DNA of 64,000 nt, from positions 3,200,001-3,264,000 of the forward strand of contig CBDBZU010000004.1 in assembly GCA_965213625.1 (NCBI GenBank), read 5' to 3'. Below, one piece after another: positions 1-11,916 of the stretch. Numbering within the stretch: the stretch's first letter is position 1; every line of letters starts with the position of its first letter. The position numbers were made by a program, and so were the translations under genes. The notes under the pieces are model-generated. The model saw only the letters and a list, made by a program, of their open reading frames with translations, was not told where the DNA came from and did not search any database. This DNA comes from a bacterium (GTDB lineage Bacteria; UBA8248).

Positions 1-1189
1 CGAGCGCTCCCATGAGGATCAACAGGTTGAACAGGAGCGCCATGATGGCCACTGCGCCGCTCAACTTGTAGTAAATCCCCATGAACATCAAGACGAGAAT
101 GAACCCGACGATGATGCTGATGAGCCCCTGGCGCACGGAATCGGCTCCCAGTGATGGGCCGACGTTTCTTTCCTCCAGCACTTCCACCGGAGCGGGGAGC
201 GCGCCCGCTCTCAGGGCAATCGCCAAATCTCTCGCCTCTTCGAGCGTGAAACTCCCCGTTATCTGCGCCCTGCCCTGGCTGATGCGCTCCTGAATGACGG
301 GCGCGCTGTAGATGACGCCGTCGAGCACGATGGCGAGGCGCCTGCCCACGTTGGCCGCCGTTAGGCGGTCGAACGCATCCGCCCCCACGGAATCGAACGC
401 GATGGCGACGTAGGACTGGTTGAAACGGTCTCCGATTTCCACGCGGGCATCGGTTAAATTATCGCCTGTCAGGGCGGCCTCTCTTTTCACCAGCAAGGGA
501 GTGCGGTCGAGCACCTCGCCCGTCTGCCTGTCTCTGGTCACCTGATACAAAAGCTGCAGCCCCTCGGGTGCGCGGCCACGTTCCTGCGCACTCGCGACGT
601 TGGCCTGGGTGTCCACCATCTTGAATTCAAGAAGCGCAGTTTTGCCTATCAAAGACTTCGCCCGGGAGGGATCCTCCACACCCGGGAGCTGAATGATGAT
701 GCGACGCTCTCCCTGACGCTGGAGCGTGGGCTCACGTACGCCGAACTGATCGATACGGTTTCGAATCGTTTCGAGCGACTGAATGATGGCTTGCTCTTTC
801 GTGCGCTCGACCTGTTGCGATGAGAGGAAATACACGAACGTCGGCGGTGTGCCCTCTTCCCGCTCCAGGGTGAGGTCCGGGTAATTCTGCATCATCGAGA
901 GGAAACGGCCCCTGTCGCCGGGGCGATGCAGGGTCGCTGTCAGTCTCAACCCGTCGCGCTTGAAGGTACGGGTGCGTATGTCGTCTAACGAAAAGCTGTT
1001 TCGAAGCTCCGTGAAGTAGCGGCTCATTTTCGATTCCACCGCTTTTTCGGACTGCACCTCGAGGACCAGATGAATCCCGCCCTGCAAATCAAGCCCGAGA
1101 TTGATGCGCTCTTCCGGTGGAATCAGATAAAACGCGGAGACGACGATAACGATGGCTATCGCAGCCGCCCGCCAGCTTACACCCCTCAT
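1..1189 (-). CDS. secD: Protein translocase subunit SecD (3' end runs off the window)
   Basis: Manual translation from ATG at 1189 (SD AGGAGA upstream): MRGVSWRAAAIAIVIVVSAFYLIPPEERINLGLDLQGGIHLVLEV..., later IRNRIDQFGVREP and LRAGALPAP; follows yajC. Missing from the ORF track because it has no stop in the window. Confidence 0.96.
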   Translation of the reverse strand, partial: MRGVSWRAAAIAIVIVVSAFYLIPPEERINLGLDLQGGIHLVLEVQSEKAVESKMSRYFTELRNSFSLDDIRTRTFKRDGLRLTATLHRPGDRGRFLSMMQNYPDLTLEREEGTPPTFVYFLSSQQVERTKEQAIIQSLETIRNRIDQFGVREPTLQRQGERRIIIQLPGVEDPSRAKSLIGKTALLEFKMVDTQANVASAQERGRAPEGLQLLYQVTRDRQTGEVLDRTPLLVKREAALTGDNLTDARVEIGDRFNQSYVAIAFDSVGADAFDRLTAANVGRRLAIVLDGVIYSAPVIQERISQGRAQITGSFTLEEARDLAIALRAGALPAPVEVLEERNVGPSLGADSVRQGLISIIVGFILVLMFMGIYYKLSGAVAIMALLFNLLILMGAL

Positions 1190-1265
1190 GAAACTCTCCT
1201 TGCGTCGGGCCGCTTACCTGCCACCCGTACCGAAAACCTTTTCACCGAATGAAGGAGAAATGACT

Positions 1266-1661
1266 TCACTTTTGTTTTTCTGGTTTTTCTTTCTGGGGAG
1301 CCTTGTTCTGCTCCGCATTTGCGCTCGAAGGAATAACCGTCACAAATGACCTTTGAACGCGAATACGCATGTTTTCGTCCACTTTAAGCGTCACGACGTC
1401 GTCTTTGATTCTCAACACTTCACCCAGGATCCCGCTCACGACTACCTGATCTCCAGGCTTGAGAGCCTCCTGCATCCTGCGGATTTCCTGCTGTTTCTTC
1501 TGCTGGGGTCTGATCATGATGAAATAAATGATGGCGAAAATCATCAGGAACGGCGCCAGTTGAATCAGGAAACTGGGTGAGCCACCGCCGCCGCCAGAAG
1601 GAGGAGCCATGGCATACGCCACAGAAGAATCAGCCAACCAAGCCGCTAATGAATCCAACAT
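1266..1661 (-). CDS. yajC: Preprotein translocase subunit YajC
   Basis: FAIIYFIMIRPQQKKQ and LKPGDQVVVSGILG motifs; tgt-yajC-secD synteny. Confidence 0.95.
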   Translation of the reverse strand: MLDSLAAWLADSSVAYAMAPPSGGGGGSPSFLIQLAPFLMIFAIIYFIMIRPQQKKQQEIRRMQEALKPGDQVVVSGILGEVLRIKDDVVTLKVDENMRIRVQRSFVTVIPSSANAEQNKAPQKEKPEKQK

Positions 1662-1763
1662 TCCCTAAATCTCCATGGAAAAAGCGTTCCGCCTGTCCTC
1701 ATAGCCAAGGCTTCGTAACAAAGCCCCCGCTCGTTGTCAACAAAGGCATTAAGAATCAGTCGC

Positions 1764-3730
<1,967 letters not shown>

Positions 3731-3750
3731 CTCTGTAGAACAAGTTTCAG

Positions 3751-4926
3751 CTACAGCTTGCGCACATGGATAGTGCGGCCCTCTCGCAAGTAGACTCTCG
3801 GAACGCGGACGCCCACCCCGCACATAATCTCATACGGTATCGTCTCGGCCCTGTCGGCCATCTCCTCACAACTGACGGCCCCACCGCCCTGCTCTCCCAG
3901 AAGGACGACTTCGTCCCCCGGCGCGATGGTATCGATTTTCGTAACATCGAGGGCCAGCATGTCCATGGATACGCGCCCCGCTACCGGAACCCTAACGCCG
4001 CCGACCAGCGCATCCCCCCGGTTGGAAAGAATGCGCGGATAGCCATCTCCATATCCCGTCGCTATGATTGCGATTCGACCGGGTTTGTTTCTCATATATG
4101 TTCCGCCGTAACCGACCGGCCGGCCCGCATCGATCTCTTTCACCTGCAACACTCTCGCCACCCATGTCATGGCAGTTTTGAGAGCTACGCTCCCGGAAAA
4201 CTGAGGCGAGGAACCATAAAGCGCAATGCCCAGTCGCACCAAATTTCCGGGTGCCTGAGGATAATTCAAAAAACCCGCGCTGTTCGCCATGTGGACATGG
4301 GGGGGGAGCAGATTCTGCTCCCCAAGCGTATCGACCAGCGCCTCCATTTCGCGAATTTGCGCGCCCGTCGCAGCCACTCCTTCTTCTTCATCCGCCCGTG
4401 CAAGATGGCTCATCAGCCCGGCGACCTCGATGCCCTCCTCCCGGGATGCCTTTTCCATGAATTCGACGGCTTCCGCCGGGCGCAATCCCAAGCGTCCCAT
4501 CCCCGTATCCACCTTGACGTGGACTCTCGCAGTTTTACCCGCTTCTCTCGCCGCGCTCGCCAGGCCTTCCACCTGCTCCAAATGCCAGACGGCGGCGTCG
4601 CAATCCGCATCGACCAGCCCTTTCGCGTTATACGCCAACGTATCGCTCATCACCAATATGCGCGCATCGGCGAATCCGTCTTCCGTCCCGGTGGCGCGGA
4701 GCGATTCCGCCTCTTCAAGAGCCGCCACACCGAACCATCTTGCGCCCGCCTCATACATGGCGCGAGCGACCTCCACGCCCCCGTGCCCGTAGCCCTCCGC
4801 CTTCACGACGGCGAGCGGCTCTTGGGAGGGAAGCAGGCTCGTCAGATTCTGATAATTTTGAATCAGGATGTCCAGATCGATAAAAAGAGCGTTGCGAATT
4901 CCGGACGGCAGCAAATGTTCACTCAA
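3751..4926 (-). CDS. alr: Alanine racemase
   Basis: PLP-lysine motif AVVKAEGYGHG, KVDTGMGRLG, GYGDGY, GRVSMD. Confidence 0.95.
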   Translation of the reverse strand: MSEHLLPSGIRNALFIDLDILIQNYQNLTSLLPSQEPLAVVKAEGYGHGGVEVARAMYEAGARWFGVAALEEAESLRATGTEDGFADARILVMSDTLAYNAKGLVDADCDAAVWHLEQVEGLASAAREAGKTARVHVKVDTGMGRLGLRPAEAVEFMEKASREEGIEVAGLMSHLARADEEEGVAATGAQIREMEALVDTLGEQNLLPPHVHMANSAGFLNYPQAPGNLVRLGIALYGSSPQFSGSVALKTAMTWVARVLQVKEIDAGRPVGYGGTYMRNKPGRIAIIATGYGDGYPRILSNRGDALVGGVRVPVAGRVSMDMLALDVTKIDTIAPGDEVVLLGEQGGGAVSCEEMADRAETIPYEIMCGVGVRVPRVYLREGRTIHVRKL

Positions 4927-4968
4927 AAAGAAGACCCCCTATGGGGAGGCATCTTCACAGCTTCATCG

Positions 4969-6393
4969 CTAGAACGGCGCATCCGCTTCATCGGGATAGC
5001 CCGGTTCCGCATGTTGCGAACCTACGGCCGCGCCCTCGTGGTAAGTATCGAGGTTCACGAATCGCGCATAATCCGGGAAAAACTTGAGTTCGAGTTCACC
5101 GGTCGGCCCGTTGCGCTGTTTGGCGAGAATGACGGTGGCGAGCCCCTTATTGTCGGGCTTGGGCTCATAATATTCCTCTCGATACAGCAGGGCCACGACG
5201 TCCGCATCCTGTTCTATCGAGCCGGATTCCCGCAAATCGGCCAGATTGGGTCGCTTGCCCTCTCTCGATTCCACCGCCCTCGATAGCTGACTCAAAGCCA
5301 CGACGGGCACGTTGAGTTCTTTCGCCAGTCCTTTCAAGCCGCGGGATATTTCGCTGATCTCGCGCTGCCGGTTCTCCATGGAGCGGCCCCTGTGGTGCAC
5401 GAGCTGGAGATAATCGACCACCACGAGGTCAAGTCCCTGATCCGCCTGAATGCGTCGGCATTTCGCCCGGATGTCGAACACGGATAAATCTGTCGCGTCG
5501 TCCACGTAAATGGAAGCCTCGGAGAGTTCGCCGGCGCTTCGAATCAAATCCGGCCATTTCTGTGAGGGCATGTAGCCGCTCTGAAGCTGCCTGGAATTCA
5601 CCATGGCGCGGCCGCACATCATACGGATGGCCAAAGCCCGCGCGCTCATCTCGAGGCTGAATATGGCCGTTGCGGTTTTTGACGCCAGGGCGGCGTATTC
5701 GGCGATGCACAGGGCGAACGCCGTTTTCCCCATGCTGGGACGACCGGCGATGATGATCAATTCCCCAGGCTGGAGGCCACTCGTCAGCTTGTCCAGGTCC
5801 GAGAACCCCGTGGGTACGCCGGTGACCAACTCCTTGCGATCGTAGAGGTCTTCCAGGTAGGGGAACGTATGTTTGATGATGTCGCGCATACCCTCTACGC
5901 TTTGCTGGTAGCGGCCGGACGAAACCTCCAGCATTGCGCGCTCGGCGTCGTCAACGAGCGTATCGATATCCTCCTCGCCCGTGAAAGCTCTCTGGGCGAT
6001 GGCGTTCGAGGTATGGATGAGTTCCCTGAGCAATGCGGTGCTTCTGACGAGTTTCGCATAGGTTTCCGCGCGCCTAGCGCTGGAAACATCGTCCGCCAGA
6101 CGCGCGATATATTCGGGCCCGCCCGCGGTATCGAGCGTTCCCTTTTTTTTCAGGGCGTCCGCCAAGGTGAGCAGGTCGATGGGTTCTGATTTCTCAAACA
6201 GGCCGAGCATGCCCTCGTAAATCACGCGGTGGCTCATTCGATAGAAATGTTCCGGCCGCAACACCTCCATGACGGGCGGAACCATCGAGCCATCGAGCAG
6301 CAAGGCTCCCAGGACGCGCTGCTCGGCCTCTATGTTTTGTGGGGGGAGTTGGCCCGGTTGCGCGGACCGCTCATCACGAGCGGGCATTTCCAC
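4969..6393 (-). CDS. dnaB: Replicative DNA helicase
   Basis: PPQNIEAEQ, GRPSMGKT, VDYLQL, LSQLSR, DLRESGSIEQDAD. Confidence 0.98.
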   Translation of the reverse strand: MEMPARDERSAQPGQLPPQNIEAEQRVLGALLLDGSMVPPVMEVLRPEHFYRMSHRVIYEGMLGLFEKSEPIDLLTLADALKKKGTLDTAGGPEYIARLADDVSSARRAETYAKLVRSTALLRELIHTSNAIAQRAFTGEEDIDTLVDDAERAMLEVSSGRYQQSVEGMRDIIKHTFPYLEDLYDRKELVTGVPTGFSDLDKLTSGLQPGELIIIAGRPSMGKTAFALCIAEYAALASKTATAIFSLEMSARALAIRMMCGRAMVNSRQLQSGYMPSQKWPDLIRSAGELSEASIYVDDATDLSVFDIRAKCRRIQADQGLDLVVVDYLQLVHHRGRSMENRQREISEISRGLKGLAKELNVPVVALSQLSRAVESREGKRPNLADLRESGSIEQDADVVALLYREEYYEPKPDNKGLATVILAKQRNGPTGELELKFFPDYARFVNLDTYHEGAAVGSQHAEPGYPDEADAPF

Positions 6394-6502
6394 TTCGATA
6401 CTCCAATGACGATTCAGTGGAAAGAACGGGCGTGGACGTTAGATTACATCAGTTGGAGCCAAGATCAAACTACCTGAAAACGAAATTCCGATACGAACGG
6501 AT

Positions 6503-6533
6503 AAAAAGGGGCGCCTGTAGCCGGCGGCCCCTT
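6503..6533 (-). terminator. Putative intrinsic terminator after rplI
   Basis: GC-rich imperfect hairpin AAGGGG...CCCCTT followed by a T run on the minus strand. Confidence 0.6.
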
Positions 6534-6596
6534 CTATCTATATGAAATCATTAAAATTGCCACAACACACCGGGAAGCGACCGAGTATTCGAAACG

Positions 6597-7226
6597 CTAT
6601 TCGGCCTTCTCTTCCTCTTCTTCCTGTGCGTCCTGGTTCTCCTCCGGCTCATCCGCAGCAACGGCCTCTGTCGCCTCAGCCGCCGCTTCTTCTTCGTCCT
6701 GAACCTCATTCGCCGTCTCAGTAACTTCTTCGACCTCGGCTGCAGAGGCTTCTTCCGCCTCGGCCGCAGCAGCAACGGACGCCTCATCGGGCATCACCTT
6801 CACCTGAACCGACGCCCTTACCTCCTGGTGCAGACGAATGTCGACGTCATAAGTACCGACCATTTTAATCGGCTCATCCAGAACGATTCTCCTGCGGTTC
6901 ACCTCGAGGCCCTTCTCCTGCAAAGCGTCCTCTATCATCCGATTCGTCACCGAGCCGAACAGCCTGCCGTCCGCACCCACACGCATTGAGAATTCGAGCT
7001 CGACGCCCGAGAATTCGCCCGCGTAATCCTGTGCGCTTCGCTTCGCTGCCTGGATTTGCGCTTCCCGCAGCCGCTGCTCATGCTGCGTCGCGCGTACCGT
7101 GCTTGCCGTGGCATGAAGCGCCAGACCTTTCGGGATAAGATAGTTGAGCCCGTAGCCGTCTGCTACTTCAACGACGTCGCCCACCTCTCCAAGACTCTCT
7201 ATGTCCTTACGCAATATCAAGCGCAT
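6597..7226 (-). CDS. rplI: 50S ribosomal protein L9 with acidic C-terminal extension
   Basis: LGEVGDVVEVADGYGLNYLIPKG, GRLFGSVT; rpsF-ssb-rpsR-rplI order. Confidence 0.97.
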   Translation of the reverse strand: MRLILRKDIESLGEVGDVVEVADGYGLNYLIPKGLALHATASTVRATQHEQRLREAQIQAAKRSAQDYAGEFSGVELEFSMRVGADGRLFGSVTNRMIEDALQEKGLEVNRRRIVLDEPIKMVGTYDVDIRLHQEVRASVQVKVMPDEASVAAAAEAEEASAAEVEEVTETANEVQDEEEAAAEATEAVAADEPEENQDAQEEEEEKAE

Positions 7227-7243
7227 CGTTCAATATCTCCGAC

Positions 7244-7513
7244 TTATGAATGGTCTACGGTGTAGGGCATCAACGCCATGTAGCGGGCGCGCTTAATCGC
7301 CGTCGTCAACTGCCGCTGAAAGCGGGCGGAGGTGCCGGTCACACGGCGGGGAATGATTTTTCCCCGCTCACTCACCATGTTACGAAGTGTTTTCACGTCC
7401 TTGTAATCGATGTACGCCACGCCATCCGCCGTGAAGCGGCATATTTTCTTTCGCTGAAAACGCTTTTTTCTCTTCTTTTTCTTATCGCCGAATCCACGGG
7501 GGACAAGCGCCAT
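7244..7513 (-). CDS. rpsR: 30S ribosomal protein S18
   Basis: [32 protein letters not shown]. Confidence 0.98.
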   Translation of the reverse strand: MALVPRGFGDKKKKRKKRFQRKKICRFTADGVAYIDYKDVKTLRNMVSERGKIIPRRVTGTSARFQRQLTTAIKRARYMALMPYTVDHS

Positions 7514-7547
7514 TTCTATCTCCTAATCTGAAAAAGTGTTTTCGATA

Positions 7548-7970
7548 TCAAAACGGGATGTCGTCATCCGTCATGGGCGAGTCCTGCGGGGGCGGCGAAT
7601 AGGATTCCGTGCTTCTGGAACCGCCGCCGCCCGTCATCTCGGCCCGAGTGGACAGGAAATGGACGTTGTTCGCCACCACTTCATGTTTGCTGCGCCTCGA
7701 GCCATCATCCGCTTCCCATGAGCGGAAACTCAAACGCCCTTCCACCACGAGCGGGCTGCCCTTGCTCGTCTGCTCCATCACCCAGTCGCCCTGACGCCCA
7801 TAGACGACAACATCCACAAAGCAGGTATCTTCTTTCCACTCTTCTCCACTGCGATACCGCCGATTGACAGCGAACCCGAAAGAAACCACGGAATTCCCGG
7901 ATGGCAGAAACCGCTTTTCCGGATCGCGCGTCATGTTGCCGCGGAGATAAACGGAATTCATCTGGGCCAT
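7548..7970 (-). CDS. ssb: Single-stranded DNA-binding protein
   Basis: MNSVYLRGNMTRDPE OB-fold start, C-terminal DDDIPF; start set at MAQMN. Confidence 0.97.
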   Translation of the reverse strand: MAQMNSVYLRGNMTRDPEKRFLPSGNSVVSFGFAVNRRYRSGEEWKEDTCFVDVVVYGRQGDWVMEQTSKGSPLVVEGRLSFRSWEADDGSRRSKHEVVANNVHFLSTRAEMTGGGGSRSTESYSPPPQDSPMTDDDIPF

Positions 7971-7980
7971 AACGATACCC

Positions 7981-8385
7981 CTACGATTTAGAGTCGTCCG
8001 AAGAGGCGGGCGCCGGCCGACGTGGAGAATCACCGTCACCGCCCTCTCGTTCCCTGGCGGCCGCGCTTTTTGCGTTCTTCTCGAGCTTTTTCAGGAGAGC
8101 TTCATCCATCCGCACCGTCATATAGCGCCACGTCTCTTCATCGATGCGCATATCACGCTCGATGTCCGCCACCACTTCCGGTTCAGAATGATATGTGACG
8201 ATGAAATAGATACCGTGACGCTGACGCTGGATGGGATAGGCGAGACGCTTCTTGCCCCATCGTTCTACGTTCAGAATTTCTCCGCCCCCTTCGGTCACCT
8301 TATTCTCGAAACCGGAAACCTTCTCCTCCACGGTTTCATCGGTGAGTTCCGGGGACAACAAAACCATTGTTTCGTACTGTCTCAT
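7981..8385 (-). CDS. rpsF: 30S ribosomal protein S6
   Basis: MRQYETMVLL, WGKKRLAYPI. Confidence 0.97.
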   Translation of the reverse strand: MRQYETMVLLSPELTDETVEEKVSGFENKVTEGGGEILNVERWGKKRLAYPIQRQRHGIYFIVTYHSEPEVVADIERDMRIDEETWRYMTVRMDEALLKKLEKNAKSAAAREREGGDGDSPRRPAPASSDDSKS

Positions 8386-8388
8386 CTA

Positions 8389-8441
8389 GTCCTCCTCCCG
8401 GACTGAACGGCCCCGGCTACTTTCGACCGGAGCGAGGAGCC
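8389..8441 (-). promoter_or_regulatory. S6:S18-type ribosomal protein leader (autoregulatory RNA)
   Basis: On minus strand CUCCUCG can pair with the SD-containing GGGAGGAG, enclosing an inner CCGG...CCGG hairpin and a CCG in the 3' loop, directly before the rpsF ATG. Confidence 0.7.
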
Positions 8442-8537
8442 AATAATGGCCGAAGGTTAGCACACATGCCCTCGGCGGACCATAGCGGCTCAAAAAAAGC
8501 TGCGAGAATTCTGCTTTGTGTCAGACTCTCTCTATTG

Positions 8538-10535
8538 CTAGAAAAGCGGCGCCAAAACGAGGGAAACGATGGACATCAACTTGATCAGGATGTTCATCGA
8601 GGGGCCCGAGGTGTCCTTCATCGGGTCTCCCACCGTATCGCCCACAACGGCCGCCTTATGGGCCTCGGAGCCCTTGCCGCCGAGCTTGCCGTCTTCTATC
8701 TCTTTTTTCGCATTATCCCAGGCACCGCCCGCATTCGCCATCAGCAAGGCGACGAGAACGCCCGAGAGTAGCGCGCCGGCGAGCATGCCGCCAAGCGCCT
8801 CTTTGCCCATCAGATACCCCACCACGATGGGCGCGATGACAGCCACAACGCCGGGGAGGACCATCTCCTTGAGAGCAGCCTGGGTGCTGATGTCGATACA
8901 CCGCGCGCTGTCGGGGTCCGCCGTGCCCTCCATGATGCCGGGAATCTCGCGGAACTGACGCCTGATCTCCTGGATCATGATGAATGCGGCCTTGCCGACG
9001 GATTTCATGGTGAGCGCCCCGATGAGGAAGGGAATCGCCCCGCCGATGAACATGCCGGCCACCACCTTCGCCTCGGTGAGGTTGATCTGCTGAAGATCGG
9101 CCGCTTTCGTGTACGCAGCGTAAAAGGCGAGCGCCGTCAGCGCGGCGGAGCCGATTGCGAATCCCTTGCCGATGGCCGCCGTAGTGTTGCCCAGCGCGTC
9201 GAGGCCGTCGGTAATCTTCCGCGTCTCCGGCCCCAACTCGCTCATTTCCGTGATGCCGCCTGCGTTATCTGCAATCGGGCCATACGCGTCGACCGACATC
9301 GTGATGCCGATCGTCGCCAACATTCCCACGGCGGCGATGGAGATGCCGTAGAGGCCAGCCCAGCCGTTCGAGACGAGGGTAATCACCGCCAGCACAATCA
9401 ATGGAGCGCATACGCTCTCAAGGCCCACGGCGAAACCACTGATGATGTTCGTCGCCACCCCGGTCTCGGAAGCAGTGACGATTTCGCCAACGGGCTTCCC
9501 GCCCGTACCGGTGTAATACTCGGTGAGCCAGCCGATGAGGACGCCGCCGGCCGCGCCGAAGAGAACCGAGCCGAACACGCCGTTATTCAGGCCCAGCGAG
9601 CCGGTAACGAAAAAAGCCAGGATGATGAATATGACCGTCGCGATTCCGGTGGCGCTCCTGAGGGCGAGGGCCGGGTTTTTCGATGCCAGCACCTTCATCG
9701 AGGCGATGCCAATCGAGGAGGCGATCAAGCCCATCATAGCGAGCAGCAGGGGCAGCGCCATCGCCGCCGAGCTGTTCGCGCCCAGGGCCGTGCCGATGGT
9801 CGAGCCGATGAATATCGTCGAAATGATGGCGCCAACGTAGGATTCGAACAAGTCGGCGCCCATGCCGGCGACGTCCCCCACGCAGTCGCCCACGTTGTCG
9901 GCGATGACGGCTGGATTCCTCGGATCGTCCTCGGGAATGTTCGCCTCCACCTTACCGACGAGGTCTGCGCCTACGTCCGCGGTCTTGGTGAAAATACCGC
10001 CGCCCACGCGCGCGAACAGCGCGATGGAGCTCGCGCCCATCGAGAAACCGCTGATGATGGTCACGTTCGCCGCATTGCTGAGCAGATCGAAATACCAGAA
10101 CAACGCGCCCACGCCCAAAAGACCCAGGCTCGCGACGGAGAGACCCATGACGGTACCGCCGAAGAACGCCATGGAGAGCGCGCCCGCCTGGCCCGCGCCC
10201 GAATTCGCCGCCGCCGCCGTTCTCACGTTCGCCTTTGTAGCCGAGTTCATGCCGAAAAAGCCGGCGAGAACCGAGCAGATGGCGCCGACGATGAAGGCGA
10301 TACCCGTTTTCGGGGATATGGCGACGCTCAAGAGAATGAAGACAACCACGACGAAGATGGCGAGAATCTTGTATTCCCTTTTCAGGAACACCATTGCGCC
10401 GTCATGAATCTGGCCTGCCAATTTCCGCATCAGATCGTTGCCGTCTGATTGTTTGGAAATCCAGCTATAAATCGCAGCCGCCAGAACCAACCCCGCAATC
10501 CCGAAGATTGCGGCCATGTTTGAGAAAGCAACCAT
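8538..10535 (-). CDS. hppA: Membrane-bound cation-translocating pyrophosphatase, K+-dependent type
   Basis: [58 protein letters not shown]. Confidence 0.96.
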   Translation of the reverse strand: MVAFSNMAAIFGIAGLVLAAAIYSWISKQSDGNDLMRKLAGQIHDGAMVFLKREYKILAIFVVVVFILLSVAISPKTGIAFIVGAICSVLAGFFGMNSATKANVRTAAAANSGAGQAGALSMAFFGGTVMGLSVASLGLLGVGALFWYFDLLSNAANVTIISGFSMGASSIALFARVGGGIFTKTADVGADLVGKVEANIPEDDPRNPAVIADNVGDCVGDVAGMGADLFESYVGAIISTIFIGSTIGTALGANSSAAMALPLLLAMMGLIASSIGIASMKVLASKNPALALRSATGIATVIFIILAFFVTGSLGLNNGVFGSVLFGAAGGVLIGWLTEYYTGTGGKPVGEIVTASETGVATNIISGFAVGLESVCAPLIVLAVITLVSNGWAGLYGISIAAVGMLATIGITMSVDAYGPIADNAGGITEMSELGPETRKITDGLDALGNTTAAIGKGFAIGSAALTALAFYAAYTKAADLQQINLTEAKVVAGMFIGGAIPFLIGALTMKSVGKAAFIMIQEIRRQFREIPGIMEGTADPDSARCIDISTQAALKEMVLPGVVAVIAPIVVGYLMGKEALGGMLAGALLSGVLVALLMANAGGAWDNAKKEIEDGKLGGKGSEAHKAAVVGDTVGDPMKDTSGPSMNILIKLMSIVSLVLAPLF

Positions 10536-10617
10536 TATCTCCCTTTCCTCCTCCTCACGGGCTTTTTAGCGAGAGGTATTAAGATGGACTTTCAATTTCA
10601 CTATGAGCAAGACGGAT

Positions 10618-11163
10618 TCAAGGTCTATTGCCAGCAACAAACTCAAACGCCCGGTGCACCGCCTCATCAACAGCAGGTTCCACTTCTTCCAATTCATGAT
10701 CGAGAAAAGAATCCAGCAACCAATCCGCGCCGTTCACTCCACTCGGCGGTCTGCCCACTCCGATGCGCAGACGGGAAAAAACGTCCGTACCCAATGAGTG
10801 GATGATGCTGCCGATGCCATGATGGCCCGCGTCTCCACCCGATTTCTTGAACTTCACACGACCAAGCTCAATATCCATGTCGTCGTGCATGACAAGCAAA
10901 TTTTCAGGCGCCAGCCCTTCTCCGAGCAGGAGCGCCCTCACGGCCTTGCCGCTTAAGTTCATATACGTCTGTGGCTTCGCGAGTATGAATTTCCACCCCC
11001 TGAGCGACCCGCTGCCCAGTACGGAATGGTATTTCGTATCATTCACCGAAACACGATGGGCGCGGGCCAACCTGTCCACCGCCCAAAACCCCAAATTGTG
11101 CCTCGTCAACGCATACTCTAAACCGGGGTTGCCAAGACCGACTATCAATACAGCGGCAGCCAT
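10618..11163 (-). CDS. pth: Peptidyl-tRNA hydrolase
   Basis: LIVGLGNPG, TRHNLGF, KPQTYMNLSG, RLRIGVGRP. Confidence 0.97.
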   Translation of the reverse strand: MAAAVLIVGLGNPGLEYALTRHNLGFWAVDRLARAHRVSVNDTKYHSVLGSGSLRGWKFILAKPQTYMNLSGKAVRALLLGEGLAPENLLVMHDDMDIELGRVKFKKSGGDAGHHGIGSIIHSLGTDVFSRLRIGVGRPPSGVNGADWLLDSFLDHELEEVEPAVDEAVHRAFEFVAGNRP

Positions 11164-11205
11164 TCGCACCCCAGTCTCATGATTGCCGACTTTCCGCAAG
11201 CACCA

Positions 11206-11883
11206 TCAGCCGGAAGATTCAGCCTCTTGATCCCCCTCACCGTCAGAAGCTTCTCCATCCGGCGCATCTTCTCCCTCAACTTCGGCGCCAAGCAATTCAT
11301 CTTCATCCACTTCTTCTTCCTCTTCAACCGGAACGATGACAGTCATGACGGGATCATCGGGGTCGGCCACCAGTTCAACGCCTACGGGAATCTGAAGATC
11401 GCGCACGTGAATCACATCTCCGATTTCCACCTCCGAAATATCGACTTCGATCTGTTCCGGGATGGCGTTCGGCAGGCAGGAGATCTCCAGTTCGCGCAGC
11501 AACTGTGAGACTGTTCCTCCCATTTTTTCACCGGGCGACTCACCCGTCAAGGAAAGAGGCACGGCAATTTCGATCTTCTCATCCATGCGGATTTCCAGAA
11601 AATCCGCATGAAAAATCGTGCCTTTCATCGGGTCTCGCTGAAGCTCCTTCACGATAACCGGACGATCAGAAGCGGCTTCGCCCTCGACTTTGAGCTGGAA
11701 TACAACGTTGCTGCCGGCCCTCGTGCCGAGCAACGCCTCCAGTTCCTTTGGTTTGATAGTCAAGGGTGTAGAATCTTTAATCCCGTACACGATACCCGGT
11801 ATGTTGCCGGCTTTTCTCACCGCACGGGCGCCGCTCTTTCCCATTTGTGTTCTTTTATCCACCGAGAGAGATAAATTTTCCAT
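11206..11883 (-). CDS. rplY: 50S ribosomal protein L25/Ctc
   Basis: GNIPGIVYG, IVKELQRDP, HADF; prs-rplY-pth synteny. Confidence 0.95.
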   Translation of the reverse strand: MENLSLSVDKRTQMGKSGARAVRKAGNIPGIVYGIKDSTPLTIKPKELEALLGTRAGSNVVFQLKVEGEAASDRPVIVKELQRDPMKGTIFHADFLEIRMDEKIEIAVPLSLTGESPGEKMGGTVSQLLRELEISCLPNAIPEQIEVDISEVEIGDVIHVRDLQIPVGVELVADPDDPVMTVIVPVEEEEEVDEDELLGAEVEGEDAPDGEASDGEGDQEAESSG

Positions 11884-11916
11884 TTTTTTCTCCAGTATTA
11901 CCATCGACTAGAATGG

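Noticed and set aside
3766-5286. 506-aa plus-strand ORF
   Set aside because: Antisense shadow of alr and dnaB with no recognisable motifs; expected in GC-rich coding DNA
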